The notes under the pieces are model-generated. The model ran no database searches. It saw only the letters and a list, made by a program, of their open reading frames with translations, and was not told where the DNA came from. A stretch of DNA of 64,000 nucleotides, from the NCBI GenBank assembly GCA_964016885.1, contig OZ024742.1:295802001-295866000 (forward strand), in the 5' to 3' direction. The translations under genes were made by a program, and so were the position numbers. The stretch's first letter is position 1. Each line of letters opens with the position of its first letter. Positions 27,336 to 41,580 of this stretch are shown piece by piece. This stretch comes from Eledone cirrhosa. Its lineage: Eukaryota.

Positions 27336-30300
27336 TAGAGTTAGAAATAGAAGATAAATAGAATGTAAAGAGTGATGAGAGGAAGGAAGGAACGGAGAAA
27401 ATGAGAAACGAAATTAGGGAGAAAAAATACGTGCGTATTCAGTCGGCCATCTTATATATATATATAGTGCAAATTTTTACGGGAACAAAACAGAGAGGCA
27501 GACAAATATATATATACACACAAATAATGCTTTCTGCCACTAAATAACATACAAAAATTACACAATTAACAAATAACTGAAACAGTATTTTTCGTACGAC
27601 GTAGGTTTAAAAATAGAATTTTGGCACCACGCCGCCATCACTCTTTCTTTCTGCCATTTACCATCCCTTTTCCCCAACGTGCTCGAAATTTCAAAAGGTA
27701 ATTCCTAGTTTAATTTCCCTCCATTCTAGTACACAGACTCTTACCATCCCCTTTCCACAGCATGCCGAAGTTTAAAAAATTAATTCCTAGTTTAATCCTC
27801 CTCTCTCTCTCCCTCCCCCACTAGTACACAGATTCCAGGTTTTCCACGGCATGACGTAATTTACGCCACAGATACAACCGCTTTAATATAATAGATGGAT
27901 TAGTGGTAAAGCCGTCGTTATAGTAAGTATCAAAATGTTTTTTTTTTATATATTTAAATCTAACGTCTTGTGTAATGTTTCTTGGAGAGCATCCAAAAAG
28001 AAACATTTTGATACCTCATTTATGAAACTTGGATGAATATTTTAAGAAATATTTTAATTTGAATGGTCGGCGAATTGGTCAAAATCTTGCCTAATTAGGT
28101 GTAATGAACAATTAGCCATATTTGTGGTGCCATATCTTTGAAACTCGGGTGATAACCATCTTCAAATTATACAAATTAATAGTGTACATGGGATAGAAGT
28201 GGCCTATTTTTTTCAGGTTCTTGAAAATGCTGTTTTTGGCAATTTTTTTTAATATTTATGGAAAGCCTATTTTGTTGCGCGTGCGTAAGCTTTTCATGTG
28301 TATTCAGACTTAGATAAATCCAAAAGTACAAGCCACAGGAACTTGAGTTTTAGGCACATTTGTAGTAGGTATAGAGCTAAATACATTGTAAGGTTTTGGG
28401 GCATGATAGTATTTCAGTAAAATTTTAATGGACCTGGTTAAAAACAATTAAATTCCAGTGATTAAAGGTCGTTACAAGCTTTTCATGTAGTCCCAGAAAT
28501 GGCTATATCACGATCCATTATCTGTAAGGGGGTGGGGCAGTTTTGATACATTGGTATGGAGTATAAAACCAAATCCCCTCCGTAAATTTGGAGCTTTACA
28601 ATAAATCCAATATATATTCCCGTAGAACTCTAAGAAGGTGCGACAAGCACAGTTTAACCACTCAAAAATCCATTTTTACTTCATCATTTTCATGTCAAAA
28701 TACATGTTTTCCGTTGAGAAATTATATAACATTTGAAAGTTCTGGGTGTGTCCTTTGTTGTCATATATTTTTGATCAAATTCGAGCACTTACATATCATG
28801 CCAGAATCACACTCGTATTTCCAACCATGTACAACGTTTGTCTCGTTTTTTTTTGTTCTTTTATACTGTTAATTCTAGTTCAATGTGCTGGAGCTCTGTA
28901 AATTGATTTCTGTTCTATATGATATAGTCATGAAGATGAAGTTTTTTGCTATATTTTGATATAAAAGTCGATGGGGTAGGTCATATATCAAAGATATATC
29001 TAGATGAATCTCATAATGAGGGAAAGATAAGCATATATATGAGTAACAGATAATGGCCAATTTAGGTCCCCTCTTCACTAGAGAATTAAAATTAGTTTGA
29101 TACAATGAGCGTTTATTTTCTACTGGCTATGAGACATCCATATATCTTAACCCAATGGGACACACTTATCTGCCACACAACAATGAACTACTGATCAACC
29201 TACCAAATCACATATGATCTAGTAACAATCAAAGACAACTGCTACAGGTGTACCTGCAACAATTTATACAAAGCATCAACCGTATAAAAGGACCTAGGGA
29301 AGCTTTGGAAATTGTACACTTCTTCTGTGCATGCAAAATATAGAATTGTACATAACTGTTTTGTCTATTCTAGAACCTTCGTTCGTATCTGTAAATTTCT
29401 ACTTGAGCAGATTACCAAGATATGTACAATTAGTTCCATTAAAACAGGAAGGAGAGAATTTCCTTCATGTATTCCTCTCTACCTCGCTCTCTGACTTATT
29501 ATTCTCCTCCTCTATTTCTGTCTTTTTTTCCCTCTCACTCTCTTTTAAATATGGCGTCATTGTTCTCAGTTGCGTGTATTTTGAACCTCTTTTTCTTGGC
29601 TGTGAATACCTAATTTTAAACGATTGTAATTTTTCTCAACAATTTTATCCAAATCCCTTAAATACGATTCCCATTCACGCATTTAAGAGTTAGTATTTCC
29701 GACTATTATTAAAGGTTTTATCATTCGCAATGTTGCCCTGGCTGCTGAATTAAATCACCATTACTGGTTGATATGTTTCTTTTCCTGAAATAGCACAGAT
29801 GGTTAATGAAACGAGAGCTTCCTTGTCTAGTCTTCATCATCCCAACTGAATCGATGTTCACCGAAATCAGTCCTTCTGCAAGTAGACTAATGCTTTATTG
29901 ATTATCCTCTGCTTTAATTCCATATATATTTATATCTATGTTCAGTGTTAGTTTGTGGTTTTCTTTGTATAAAATTTATTTGAATGTACATAACACTTCA
30001 AAGCCCTCTCCACCCACTAACGGAATTGTCCGTTCTCTATGAATGGTGAACCTCACTCACATATACATTTATCGATTAACGATTACATGCATAAGCATTT
30101 CATTAATATCTAATCCACATTTTGGATACTACTTCAGAAAATTTCTACTATGCTCTTTTCATTTTAAGTATGAGAAAATAGAAACAGTGAAGATTTCAGC
30201 AACAGACAAATCGAATTTCACTACAATCTCTCAATTGTCATTAACTTTATCTATTGTACTTTAAACTGAATCAAACACATACATGTGTGGAAGTTAAATA

Positions 30301-30401
30301 TTTATATTACATACAGACGTGTGTGTATGTGTGTTAGCTAAATATTTATAGTACACACACGTAAGCATGTGTAAGTTAAATGTAATTTACATACGTATGT
30401 G

Positions 30402-30564
30402 CAGGGTCTATGAGATGGGGGTCCAGTCGGTACTTTGTTCCGGGGCCCAAGAGCTAAAAAGGCTCACAGCAACCATGGAACATCCATTTTGAGAAGATTC
30501 TGTGTCTGCTTCTGGTCCCAAAGGGGTCTTGTACCGTCCTGCAAAATGTCTCTTGGAGGCCCTG
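30402..30564. mobile_element. hAT-like MITE
   Basis: cagggtct...aggccctg termini; 8-bp TSD CGTATGTG on both sides. Confidence 0.85.
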
Positions 30565-31304
30565 CGTATGTGTAAGAAAGTTGAATATAATACGCACACA
30601 AACGTGTGTAAATATAACATATATGCACTAGATATAATTCACACAAGCCAAATATAACACGAATGTCTAAATATAAAACAGACAATCTAAACGTGTGTGT
30701 AAGTTAAATATTATACTCAGACGTGTGTATGAGTGTCAGTTATAACACACAGACAAGTTAAATAAAACAGGCGTGTGTGTAAATACCGCAGCACAAACTA
30801 AACCTAACACATACATATTTCTTTATGTATGAGTTAATATAGCGCATACATGCACGTGTGTGAATTAATTGTAATTATAACATTTGTAATTATGAATGTA
30901 AATATAACTTATACACACGCCTATGTAAGCTAAATATACCTCACTTATTCATGCGTATATGTAAGTTAATTATCACACGTAGACTAACTAAATATAACAG
31001 GTGTGTGTTTTAACAGAGAATGTTTGGTTGGTTTGTTGTTCGATCTATGATGGTTGATGTGACCGTCAATGTTGAGGTGCGATTGAAGTGGGAAAATCTT
31101 CTGCCTAAAGCATTAGAATTCAAGACCAACTGCTAATTAACTCTTTGTTTTAACTATGGAATGCAACGAAACCCTATTATAATATATTTTACAGAGCTCT
31201 AAGATAATATATTACAATTATGAACATAAAAGAGTATTTTATTATGTATTTATGACCTAATATATAAAATTCGTAAAATAGATTGAATGTGCGTGTGAAG
31301 AGAG

Positions 31305-31359
<55 letters not shown>

Positions 31360-32339
31360 AACTATTTTTATGTAAATATTATATATACATTATAACACGC
31401 ACAAAAGCTAAATATAACACATGCACATGTATGTGTTAGCTAATTGTGTATATATATATTTAGTTTCTAACACATACATCTGTGTGACAGCTAATTTTGT
31501 GTGTGTAACAGCTATTTATGTATTTAGCTTCTAACTCATACGTCTGTGTGTGTCAGCTAATTTTGTGGGTGAGATTTAGTTTCTAGACATTATTAAGCTA
31601 AAAGCTGTTGTTATTTTAAGGAGTCTCGTCATTAATGTTTCTATGGAAATGGAAATTTGTCATATGAGAGGGGGGCAGGGCAGATTTCTTAACAATGTGA
31701 AACTCATCTTATTTATTGGAGTTCAATTATTATCATCCTTATGTCGTATTTAAAGTAATTTCCTGATTACCCATGAGGTCGCATTGTTAATTACTGATAG
31801 TAGCAATACAAAATGTGTAGAGAACATCATTGCTATTAGTCAGTGTTAATAGAAGCATACGATCTCTCTAAGTAGTCATTTGAAATGGCTTAAATGAGGT
31901 CGCTACCATTAACAGAATTATTATGTTGTAAATTATTGGCAAGAATTTACACTGTTCATACAACTAGCAAAATATTATGGCTATAAATTAAATTTTTGAA
32001 ATTAAAGTTTAACATTTCGCAGTTATTGAATGAAATATCTATAGCTACATCTGAAATTGTTTTCTCAATGGAGTTAGTTAGGACTTTCAAAATAAGTATG
32101 AAATAAAACATAACTAAAACCTTAAATCAAGCTATTGTTGCAAAATAATTTTTCCCTCATTTATTTTACAAGATAGAATCTGTTTTCTTCCATTTCTTAC
32201 ATAGATGATATTTCAGTGGGTATTAGATTAATATGGGCGAGGACTATCTAACTTCAATCATTCTCATTGAATGTTTTTCTTAACCCTTCTTCACTTTTCC
32301 TTATTGTCTTCTGAAATGGCCGACAGCAATTCTATAAAA

Positions 32340-32530
32340 TAACTGTTTCTACTTTAGGCACAAGGCCAGCAATTTGAAGAGAAAGAGAAAGTCAATTAAA
32401 TCAACCCTAGTGCGTTACTGGTACTTTATTTTATTGACCCCCTTAAGGATGAAAGGTAATGCTAACCTCGACGGGATTTGAAATCAGTACATAAAAGGAG
32501 GTAACTCTATGCTGAAAAGCATGATGTCCA
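32340..32530 (-). mobile_element. tRNA-derived SINE (dominant family)
   Basis: Homologous to 14654-14845. Confidence 0.8.
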
Positions 32531-32704
32531 ACAGTCAAATGAAATAGAAACCTACTTGATTTTTCAACAAATTCTGAATTATTTATTTATGAATTAAGAA
32601 AAAGATGTTAAGGGGTTGTGCATGTATATACATGTGTTTATGTATTTACAATTATGCATATATGTATGTGTATGTATTTGTGTATATATAATTAAGGACA
32701 GAAT

Positions 32705-33740
32705 TAGTTCAGCTTTATATCAAGCAGAGGTACTACCAATGCCCACATTCTGATAAGACAGCTGCAAGAGAAGTACTTGGTTAAGAGTAAGCCACTGTAT
32801 GTGGTATTTATGTATCTGGAGATAGCCTTTGATAGTGTCACTCGCTCTTCAATCTGATAGATGATAAGGAAGCTTGATATAGACAAATAGCTCATGAGGG
32901 CCATGCATGTCATGTATAGAGGTTCAACAAGCAAGGAAAAAGTTGACAATGAATGCAATGATGAATTTTAAGTGCATGTGATGGATATGCCAGGGCTCAG
33001 ACCTCAACATCAAATTATCATTGCTCTTCAGGCAATAAAAGAGGAGTTATAAAATAGCACACCAAGCGAAGTTCTGAATGCTGAATTTATGGGGAAGTTA
33101 GGGGCAAAATTTCAAGAATAAAAGAAAAATCTACAATCAAAAGCCTAAAAATAAACTTAGCAAGAATAGAAGTCTAAATAATTAGGAAAAAGGATAGGAA
33201 GCTGATAATGCCTGGGAGATGGCCAGGCTCGATTGTCAAAAAGAGGTGTACAGAAATTCCATAAGGTGCACTTAGTATTGTCTATGAATATACAAGAGAT
33301 ATTGTGCAATTGCAAGCAGGTTAACAAAGTGGTTACACTTTGTATGTGGCAGATACAGAGATTCTCTCAGTTGCCAAGGAGGCTCTCTAGAACTTGGGGA
33401 TAGCTTTTGTCACCTAAGTGGCCTAATAAACAGTGGGAAGTATACTCTGAAAATGTGATAGCCAAGGTAAGAACAGGGTGGATGAAATTTGTGGAGTTTG
33501 TATCTCTGCTGACAACAAAGGGCTTCTCTCTGAGAGTGACAGGTAGACTGTATGATGCCTGTGTGCAAACTGCAATGCTACTTGGCAGTGAAACAGTAGC
33601 TGTGACTGTAAAAGAGCAGTGAAGGATAGAAATAAATAAAGTGAGTATGCTCTGATGGATGTGGGATATTAGTATTCAAAAACAATGTAGCTCAAACAAG
33701 TTGGGAGAAAAAAATTGGTATAAGGGGAATTGGTATCAGG
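32705..33740 (+). mobile_element. Decayed RTE-clade LINE, RT region
   Basis: FSFISSRGTTNAHILIRQLQEKYLVKSKPLYVVFMYLEIAFDSV (FVDLEKAFD motif); later GRLYDACVQTAMLLGSET; multiple stops. Confidence 0.85.
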
Positions 33741-34024
33741 AAAAATGGCTGATAGATGATAATTAGGAGAATGACATACACACAAGATGCCCAGCAGATT
33801 TAAACTTCATCACCATAAATCTGCTTTCTATGCTGGCATCAGTTGGATGGAGTATCAAAATCCAAGACAAGAGATGGTCAGATAACAATGCCTGGTTCAT
33901 ATGTTCCATATTTTGACATGGTTTCTACAGCTGGCTGTCTTTCTTAATGCCAACTACTTCACAGATTTTACTGGGTGCATTTTATCATCATTTTACAGAG
34001 TGGACAGGGTGCATCTAAACACAG

Positions 34025-34730
34025 TATGAAGATTTTAGATATAACTGTGTATATTTCCTATGTCCAAATGTTATGTAATATTGTGGAGTATTACATAAGT
34101 AAACATCCAAGAAGTTATAAAAACATTACATAGAATACTCTTGAATCCAATAGATGAATGCCATAAATACGTTGTCTTTGTTAACGCGACGCCAGCCAAA
34201 CTCTTGGAGATATGTAAAGAACATATTATTGGAAATTTCATTAAGTTGATTTATATTTTTTCTTAAATTCTTTTATGTTCATCTAAAATTATGTTAATGG
34301 TGAGTTTTCACTTTCATTTATTGGATCTGAGACATTACTATCCGATGTGATTTTTCTTCTTTGTCTAATAAATTTCTGGATGCTTGGACTTAGCGTAGTA
34401 GCTAAAGAAATGAAAGATCCACAATATCTATTAATATTTATTGAACAGCTAAATAAGTGGCCAGAGAAACTCAGAATATGATGATCAATAAGGGTTGATC
34501 TAACCTTCGTAATTACGCAATCTATTTTAGCAATGCAAACTACACAAGATATTTTCTCATACTGGTAATTTCTTAGATAACAAAGATAAGGTCCATTCCA
34601 ACTGTATTGTGAAAAATTGTTCCAAAAAACATGGAGTTCTCAAGCTACAGGAGTTCCCTCCTTTGATCTGAATATCCTCAAAGGGAGTTTTGTCTTGAAT
34701 ATGCAAAGAGAATCTCTGATTAAAGTTTTT
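34025..34730 (-). pseudogene. Decayed BTB-BACK (kelch-like/BTBD-type) coding remnant
   Basis: Manual translation across stops and frameshifts: FEDIQIKGG, ENSMFFGTIF, ENILCSLHC (BTB-like), then LNEISNNMFFTYLQ..VNKDNVFMAFIYWIQ (BACK-like VF-x-A-x-x-x-W). Confidence 0.45.
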
Positions 34731-35130
34731 CTCCTATTAGCCTTATTCAGAATGTAAGATTCTATTTGTATTTATATTTTGCTAATATATCTTACTATGC
34801 AAAGGAATTTCCTTCATTTTACAACACACACATACATGCACACACACACATATATAAGGAAAAGTGGATGTCAAATGATAATGAACATTCAGTGCCATTA
34901 ATATTGTAGATTTAGTTAAATATATATATATAATTAATGACAGCAGCAATACTTGGACAGTAAAATTCAAGAGCATGCAACAATTGGAAGAAGAAATCAA
35001 AAGTGATACATATTGTTCTGTGTAAACTTGACAGAAAAAGGTTTGCAGTACAAAGACACAAACAGTTTCAAACTTTCTAGAGCTTCAGAGTTGATTTATC
35101 CAAGTGCAATGTCTAGTCTAGCTTAGACAA

Positions 35131-35313
35131 ATAATTGTTTCTACTTTTGGCACAAGGCCAGCAATTATCCCAGTGCATTACTGGCACTTTATTTTATCGA
35201 CCCCGTAAGGATGAAAGGCAAAGTTAACCTAGGCGGGATTTGAACTCAGAATGGCAAGGGCCGTAACTCTATGCATCAAAGCATGGCGTCCAACCCTCTA
35301 CCGATATTGCCAA
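35131..35313 (-). mobile_element. tRNA-derived SINE (dominant family)
   Basis: Homologous to 14654-14845. Confidence 0.85.
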
Positions 35314-35582
35314 GACAAATAATGTGAGTAGGAAGCAAACATCAGGTAGAATGCTTTGTGGTATTCATTCATTTGTTTTCTATGCTCAAATTTTGCTTAA
35401 GTCAACTTACCCTTCGAGATTAAAAAATTAAATACCAATCACATAATGCAGTTTATTCTTCCACTATCTCTTTTTCATACGTTCTCTTCCTCTGTCACTG
35501 GGAGAAATTGACAATATTCAAACCTGAAAAACGATGTGCTCCTCCAGGTTGAAATACCCCAGTGGTTACATCAGAAGTTTAA

Positions 35583-35823
35583 CCCTTTAACATTTACATT
35601 ACTCTATATCTACTATTGTATTTTCATAGTAAACACTTTATCTCACATAATATCGAATCTATGAGATTTTGATATTATTTATATTGATTTTCATGGCCTT
35701 GTGTCAAAAGTAGAAACAATTATTTATTTTGAGAACAATAACTTAACATAAGTATGAGCAGCTGGTTTGAACAGAAAAAGGTGAGAATTCTGGCTGGATA
35801 CAGCCAGTTTAAATGCTAATGGG
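35583..35823. mobile_element. piggyBac-like MITE
   Basis: TTAA-ccc...ggg-TTAA; same family as 55701-56131. Confidence 0.8.
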
Positions 35824-37458
35824 TTAAGACCAATAGATAGATCGATAGATATGTGAATGAATGAATGAAAGAAGCAAGTATGATAGTTGGTGAAACATTG
35901 TCAGTCTTTAGTGTGAAAGAAATGAATAAGGGTTCAGCAAGCCAGGTTTCCAGTTTAAGGATATTTCCCTTCTTTCCACTAATCTTGATAACAATTCTTA
36001 AAAGTAAATTTATTCAGAATTCAAGATCAATCAAAACTATAAAACAGTAAATTTATTCTCTTTTGTTTATCAAGGAAAGCAAAAGCATTGAATTGACAGT
36101 CATTAAAGTATTTACTGTAAAATAATGGTTTCTTATATAGGCACAAGGCCAGCAATTTGGGAGGAGGGGAAAGTCAATCAAATTGACCCCAGAGCATGAC
36201 AAGTACTTTATTTTACTGACTCCGCAAGGATGAAGGGCAAAGTTAACCTTGGCGAGATTTGAACTATAACACCTCAATATTTGTTCTGGCTCCCCCATGA
36301 TCTTAGTTCAAATCCTCTCCCACCACCCCAATTTCCAAGTGGAGTGGTAGACTTATCAAGCTGCTAGATGGCATACTTTGCAGTATCTGCTCTGACTCTG
36401 CATGTTATGAGTTCAAATCTGGTCTCCTGCTAACAGATAGTATCAACAATAGAAAGACTAAAGTAAACATTGCTTCCTTGGTTTGATATGATGATGAGCT
36501 ATGTTTCATTTGTTATTGTTTACACAGAAAAACATGTTAAGTCAATGTGAACTATTAATGTCCTCTATAGCATGAAACCACATTTGTAAAACATTCTTGA
36601 AAAGTACAAAGCAGCACTATTACTAAATTTTACTAAATATTAAATTATTTACTCTGATACTGTACATTTTTACAATGATTTGTTCACTAGTAAAGACACT
36701 ATAAACATTTAAATAATGAGATCCTGTTTTCGACATTTTCTCTAAATTCAATACAGGATGTTAAGAGTTAATGTGATGTCCATGAAGACATCCAAGCCAT
36801 AATGTTATAGAAACTTAATATATTTAATCATATTTATAAAGCTTAATGCTCATTGGCTTTTTTGTTTCTTTCATATGAGACAAATTGATTATTATATAAT
36901 ATTTAATGTTATTTCTACTGACAGAAATTTTGAACCATTATTCCAGTGATATCAATTAGTATGGTTCATGTGACTTCTAGATAACATTGTCTCCTTGGTT
37001 TTGTTAATGTAACATCCAATTTCTAAATAATTCATTTTTAGACTCATTGTACTATAGTAGCTAAACCATATTAGTAAATATCATCATTATCATTGTTTTG
37101 ATGTCAGTGCAGTTTGTTGGGGTTTTCTTTTTGTGCTGGCATGGGTTATACTGGTTGCCATGGTCCATGATGGATGGATGACTACAGCTTGTTTATATGC
37201 TCCATGCATGGTTTCTATAAACTACTTGATGCATTTTTTTACCATGCCACCAACACTACCAATATATATATATGAATGTGTGTTCTGTATGTACCTGTGT
37301 ATATATATATAATACTTAGGTTAATAGGAGTTAGGTATTGTATACCCGTGTCCCATTAAAGTATTGGCAGTATAATAATTAGCTCAATGCTTTGGAGCAG
37401 AGCCGTATATATGATAAAGAACACAAGAGCGTCTACAACATCAACATTTTTTTTATTG

Positions 37459-37503
37459 GCTTACAATGTTTCTTCCTTACGTAACCGTAGGATTCTTCAG
37501 AGC
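37459..37503 (-). ncRNA. Minimal type I hammerhead ribozyme
   Basis: Minus strand: gct CTGAAGA a tcct-acg-gtta-cgt-a-agga a GAAA cattg TA agc. Confidence 0.8.
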
Positions 37504-39461
37504 TATAAAAGGGGTTTGATTGGTGTTATGGACTCTACCAACCAAACATTCAAGAACAAAGAGTAAAGAGAGTAAAGAGCAAAAGCAGGGGACAATAAGT
37601 CTAATGTAGGTGCGGAAGGGTGGGGTGTGGGTCCTTGTTTACTAGCTGTGGTCATATTCATTCCCGGGAGTCGAGTGGTTAGCTGAACCATAGATGGGGT
37701 GGCATTGATAGTAGGGTGCAGAGGGTGTGCAGAGGCTACACACACACAAAGGGCATATAATATATATATAACGGGGGAGAAAGTACATGAGGTAATTAGA
37801 AATGGAATAAGAATAATAATAATTTATAGTTAATAAGACATAGGGAAAATTACACTATAATAAGATATAAAATTAAGAATGAAATAAAATATAAGGGAGG
37901 ATAAAAATGAAAATAAGAATAAAAATAAAATTAAAAAAATATATAAAAAATATATAGAGAATATATAAAAAAATATAAGCAAGTATCAGAAAGGGAAAAA
38001 CACAATGTAAAAAAACAGATTTTGCTAAATAAAAATATTATAAATATGGGGGGAGAAAACGGGAGAGAGAAATACAATCATAATGTGATTAGTTGAGAGA
38101 ATATAAGATGATAATAAGTGTGTCAAGTTTATACATCTTAATAATAAATAATATGTATATTAGAGTTACACATCTTTCAATGCACTTGCAAGTTCAACCC
38201 ATAGAGCATAGTCCATCGCTCATCTGTGCGGTAGTGTGTGTTTGTTTTCGACCTCACAACAGATCAACAAGTTCGTATATCTCAATGCAAATAGAATTCT
38301 ATTTGTGCTTACCCGGTCATCGACAGAGGATCCAATATTCCTGATGCGATTTCACTCTGCCTCGTTAATGTTCAATCAACACCAAAGTTCTGCGTTCTGG
38401 GCTATAGATTTAAATCCAACCACCGACAACATAGTTAGATGACCGATAATCAAACCTAACCGGAGTACTGTGATCCTTGCGATTTTGAGATATACAACCA
38501 CTGATAGTGTATCGAAGACCAGAAAACCATACTCCATAATATTGAACCAAGTGACAGATTTATGCGACCAAAAATAACACTACACACATATTGGGTCAGC
38601 AACGAACTAGGAATATTGGATCCTCCGTCGATGACCGGGTAAGCACAAATAGAATTCTATTTGCATTGAGATATACGAACTTGTTGATCTGTTGTGAGGT
38701 CGAAAACAAACACACACTACCGCACAGATGAGCGATGGACTATGCTCTATGGGTTGAACTTGCAAGTGCATTGAAAGATGTGTAACTCTAATATACATAT
38801 TATTTATTATTAAGATGTATAAACTTGACACACTTATTATCATCTTATATTCTCTCAACTAATCACATTATGATTGTATTTCTCTCTCCCGTTTTCTCCC
38901 CCCATATTTATAATATTTTTATTTAGCAAAATCTGTTTTTTTACATTGTGTTTTTCCCTTTCTGATACTTGCTTATATTTTTTTATATATTCTCTATATA
39001 TTTTTTATATATTTTTTTAATTTTATTTTTATTCTTATTTTCATTTTTATCCTCCCTTATATTTTATTTCATTCTTAATTTTATATCTTATTATAGTGTA
39101 ATTTTCCCTATGCCTTATTAACTATACATTATTAACTATAAATTATTATTATTCTTATTCCATTTCTAATTACCTCATGTACTTTCTCCCCCGTTATATA
39201 TATATTATATGCCCTTTGTGTGTGTGTAGCCTCTGCACACCCTCTGCACCCTACTATCAATGCCACCCCATCTATGGTTCAGCTAACCACTCGACTCCCG
39301 GGAATGAATATGACCACAGTTAGTAAACAAGGACCCACACCCCACCCTTCTGCACCTACATTAGACTTATTGTCCCCTGCTTTTGCTCTTTACTCTCTTT
39401 ACTCTTTGTTCTTGAATGTTTGGTTGGTAGAGTCCATAACACCAATCAAACCCCTTTTATA

Positions 39462-39506
39462 GCTCTGAAGAATCCTACGGTTACGTAAGGAAGAAACATT
39501 GTAAGC
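39462..39506 (+). ncRNA. Minimal type I hammerhead ribozyme
   Basis: gct CTGAAGA atcctacggttacgtaaggaa GAAA cattg TA agc, followed by AATAAA. Confidence 0.8.
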
Positions 39507-41204
39507 CAATAAAAAAAATGTTGATGTTGTAGACGCTCTTGTGTTCTTTATCATATATATATACATATATATATACACACGCACACTCTTAGGAAATAGA
39601 GCAAGTCAAATTCGGCCATTTCTCCACTCACTCGATGGACAACTAATTTCAAATTATTAAAATTCGAACTCATCTATCCATAGTACACATATAAGACAGG
39701 CTTTTAAATGCCACATTTACAAAATTCTACTCAGAAATCTCTTCCTCTCTTACTATCACACCCTGGATGTTCTGATGGATCAAGGCTAGAAAGACTGAGA
39801 GATTGTCGGCTCATGAATACATGGGCACCAAAAACATTTAGCAAACGCATGGTACAAGAAATCTTCAACTGCTAGTGTTGGTTGTGGTTGTTTTGTGTTG
39901 GTTGTGGTTGTTTTGTGTTGTTTTTTGTTAGTTTTCTGTTATCTCAGATTTGCTTTGCTTGAATCCTGCTCCTACACTTAACATCCTACAATGATTTAGA
40001 AGTGTATCTGAAAGTGTTTTTTTGTTAATTCAAATAATTATAGTATCTTTATTAGTGAATGACAGATCGCTATCAAAATTTGCAGAATTAAAGTAAAGAC
40101 TTAATTTATAATATGACAAAGTCACATTACAAATTTACAAAGTCATATCACAAAAGTTTTATACTTTTCAAGAATGTTTTGCTAAAACAGTTTCATGCAA
40201 TAAAGTGCATTGAATCGTTGTCAATAAGTATAACATCTTGCATTAGAAATACGTCTGCTAGTCATGCTAACATGATGAAATTCATGTAAAATAATTAAAC
40301 AAAATGCATTTCAAACACAACCCAATTAAAAAATAGTTAAAAGCACTCTAAAATTAATTCAGATTAATTGCAAAACTTTGAAATTTAATGAGCTGATACG
40401 TAGATTGCAGGAAAATTCTTTTTATTTAGACATTGTTTTATTTTCATTTGTTATTCATTATGGATTTTAACAAAAATCAATAATATCCAGGATATATTAT
40501 TAACCCCTTCATTACAATATTCCTAATAAAAGCCACTACTGTGATTTTGAAAATAATCAAGAATTTGGAAGGATTAAATACTATAACTAACTGAAATTTG
40601 AAACATAACTTAACAGGTTCATACATAAAATTATAGCAGAAGGTTTTCAGATAAATATAAACATTTTAAAGCAGCTTTATGGAGCAGAACTGGGGATTGT
40701 TTCAGGTTGTTGTTGTTATTACCACTCACAGCTATGTTAGTTGCATTTCATATGAAATTTCTTTGGTGTTTAATAATAAAGACTCCAGTTTTTATGATGA
40801 AAAGACTTCCCTACTTGACTGGCTGTCAATTCATTGCATGGTTACCCCTACACCAGTCACTGCTACTGCTCACTTATTTACAGCTGAGTGGGCTAGAGCA
40901 ACATAAAATGAAGCATCTTGCTCAAGGAAACAACATGCTATCCAGCCAAGAAATCAAACCCTTGACCTTATTATGATCGTGCAAAAGGTTTAATCTAAAG
41001 GTAACATCATTGGCTTTTATAAAACTATGAAACATTCCAACTGTAGCTGTAGGTAGTCCTGACAATTTTCTATTCTATATTATTTCCACTTCGTTTTATA
41101 AGAATCTAGTGATATGGTTTGAAAGAGATCTAATATATTATGTATGTGACATATCTGATGTGTTATGTATAACAGTTGTTAACTGAAGTAAGGATCATAC
41201 TATA

Positions 41205-41580
41205 TTAAAGTTGGACACAGTCATAGATGAATGATCAAGGAGTTCACTTCAGAATCATGAGGTCCTGGGTTTGATCCCATCATGTGGCATCTTGGACAAG
41301 TGCTTTTACCATGGCTTTGGGTCAACTGAAATCTTATGAATGACATTGGGTAGATGGAAACTGTTTTGACACCCGTCAGATAGACTCTAACTGTAATTCA
41401 AAGGCCCAGCCATGTTACACACTGTGTTATGCTGAATCTCCCTGAAAATTAGTTTAAATATACATATGAATGTAGAGTGTTCAGCCTTGTAGGATGTTAA
41501 TATTGCAAGCAGACTGTTGCATCGCTCAAACAACTGGAAATTCATCTTTGAAACTGACGGAGGTCCATTCCATTGTTGAC
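41205..41580 (+). mobile_element. Old tRNA-derived SINE (second family; related copies near 44520-44830, 53305-53620, 57755-57830)
   Basis: catgaggtcctgggtttgatccc B-box-like head, then ttggacaagtgc core. Confidence 0.55.

Larger units (their letters stand above)
26906..27895 (-). mobile_element. Non-autonomous Helitron-like element with nested inserts
   Basis: Minus strand A|TC...ccgtggaatttccacgg hairpin...CTAG|T. Confidence 0.7.
37406..39559. mobile_element. 2.15-kb fold-back element: ~940-bp inverted arms, each ending in a hammerhead (inverted pLTR-like)
   Basis: 37406-38342 is the reverse complement of 38609-39559, apart from a few substitutions and a 14-bp duplication; 266-bp spacer; TA flanks. 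Confidence 0.93.

Noticed and set aside
37503-39462. Duplicated 80- and 83-aa ORFs
   Set aside because: By-products of the inverted repeat; no domain recognised.
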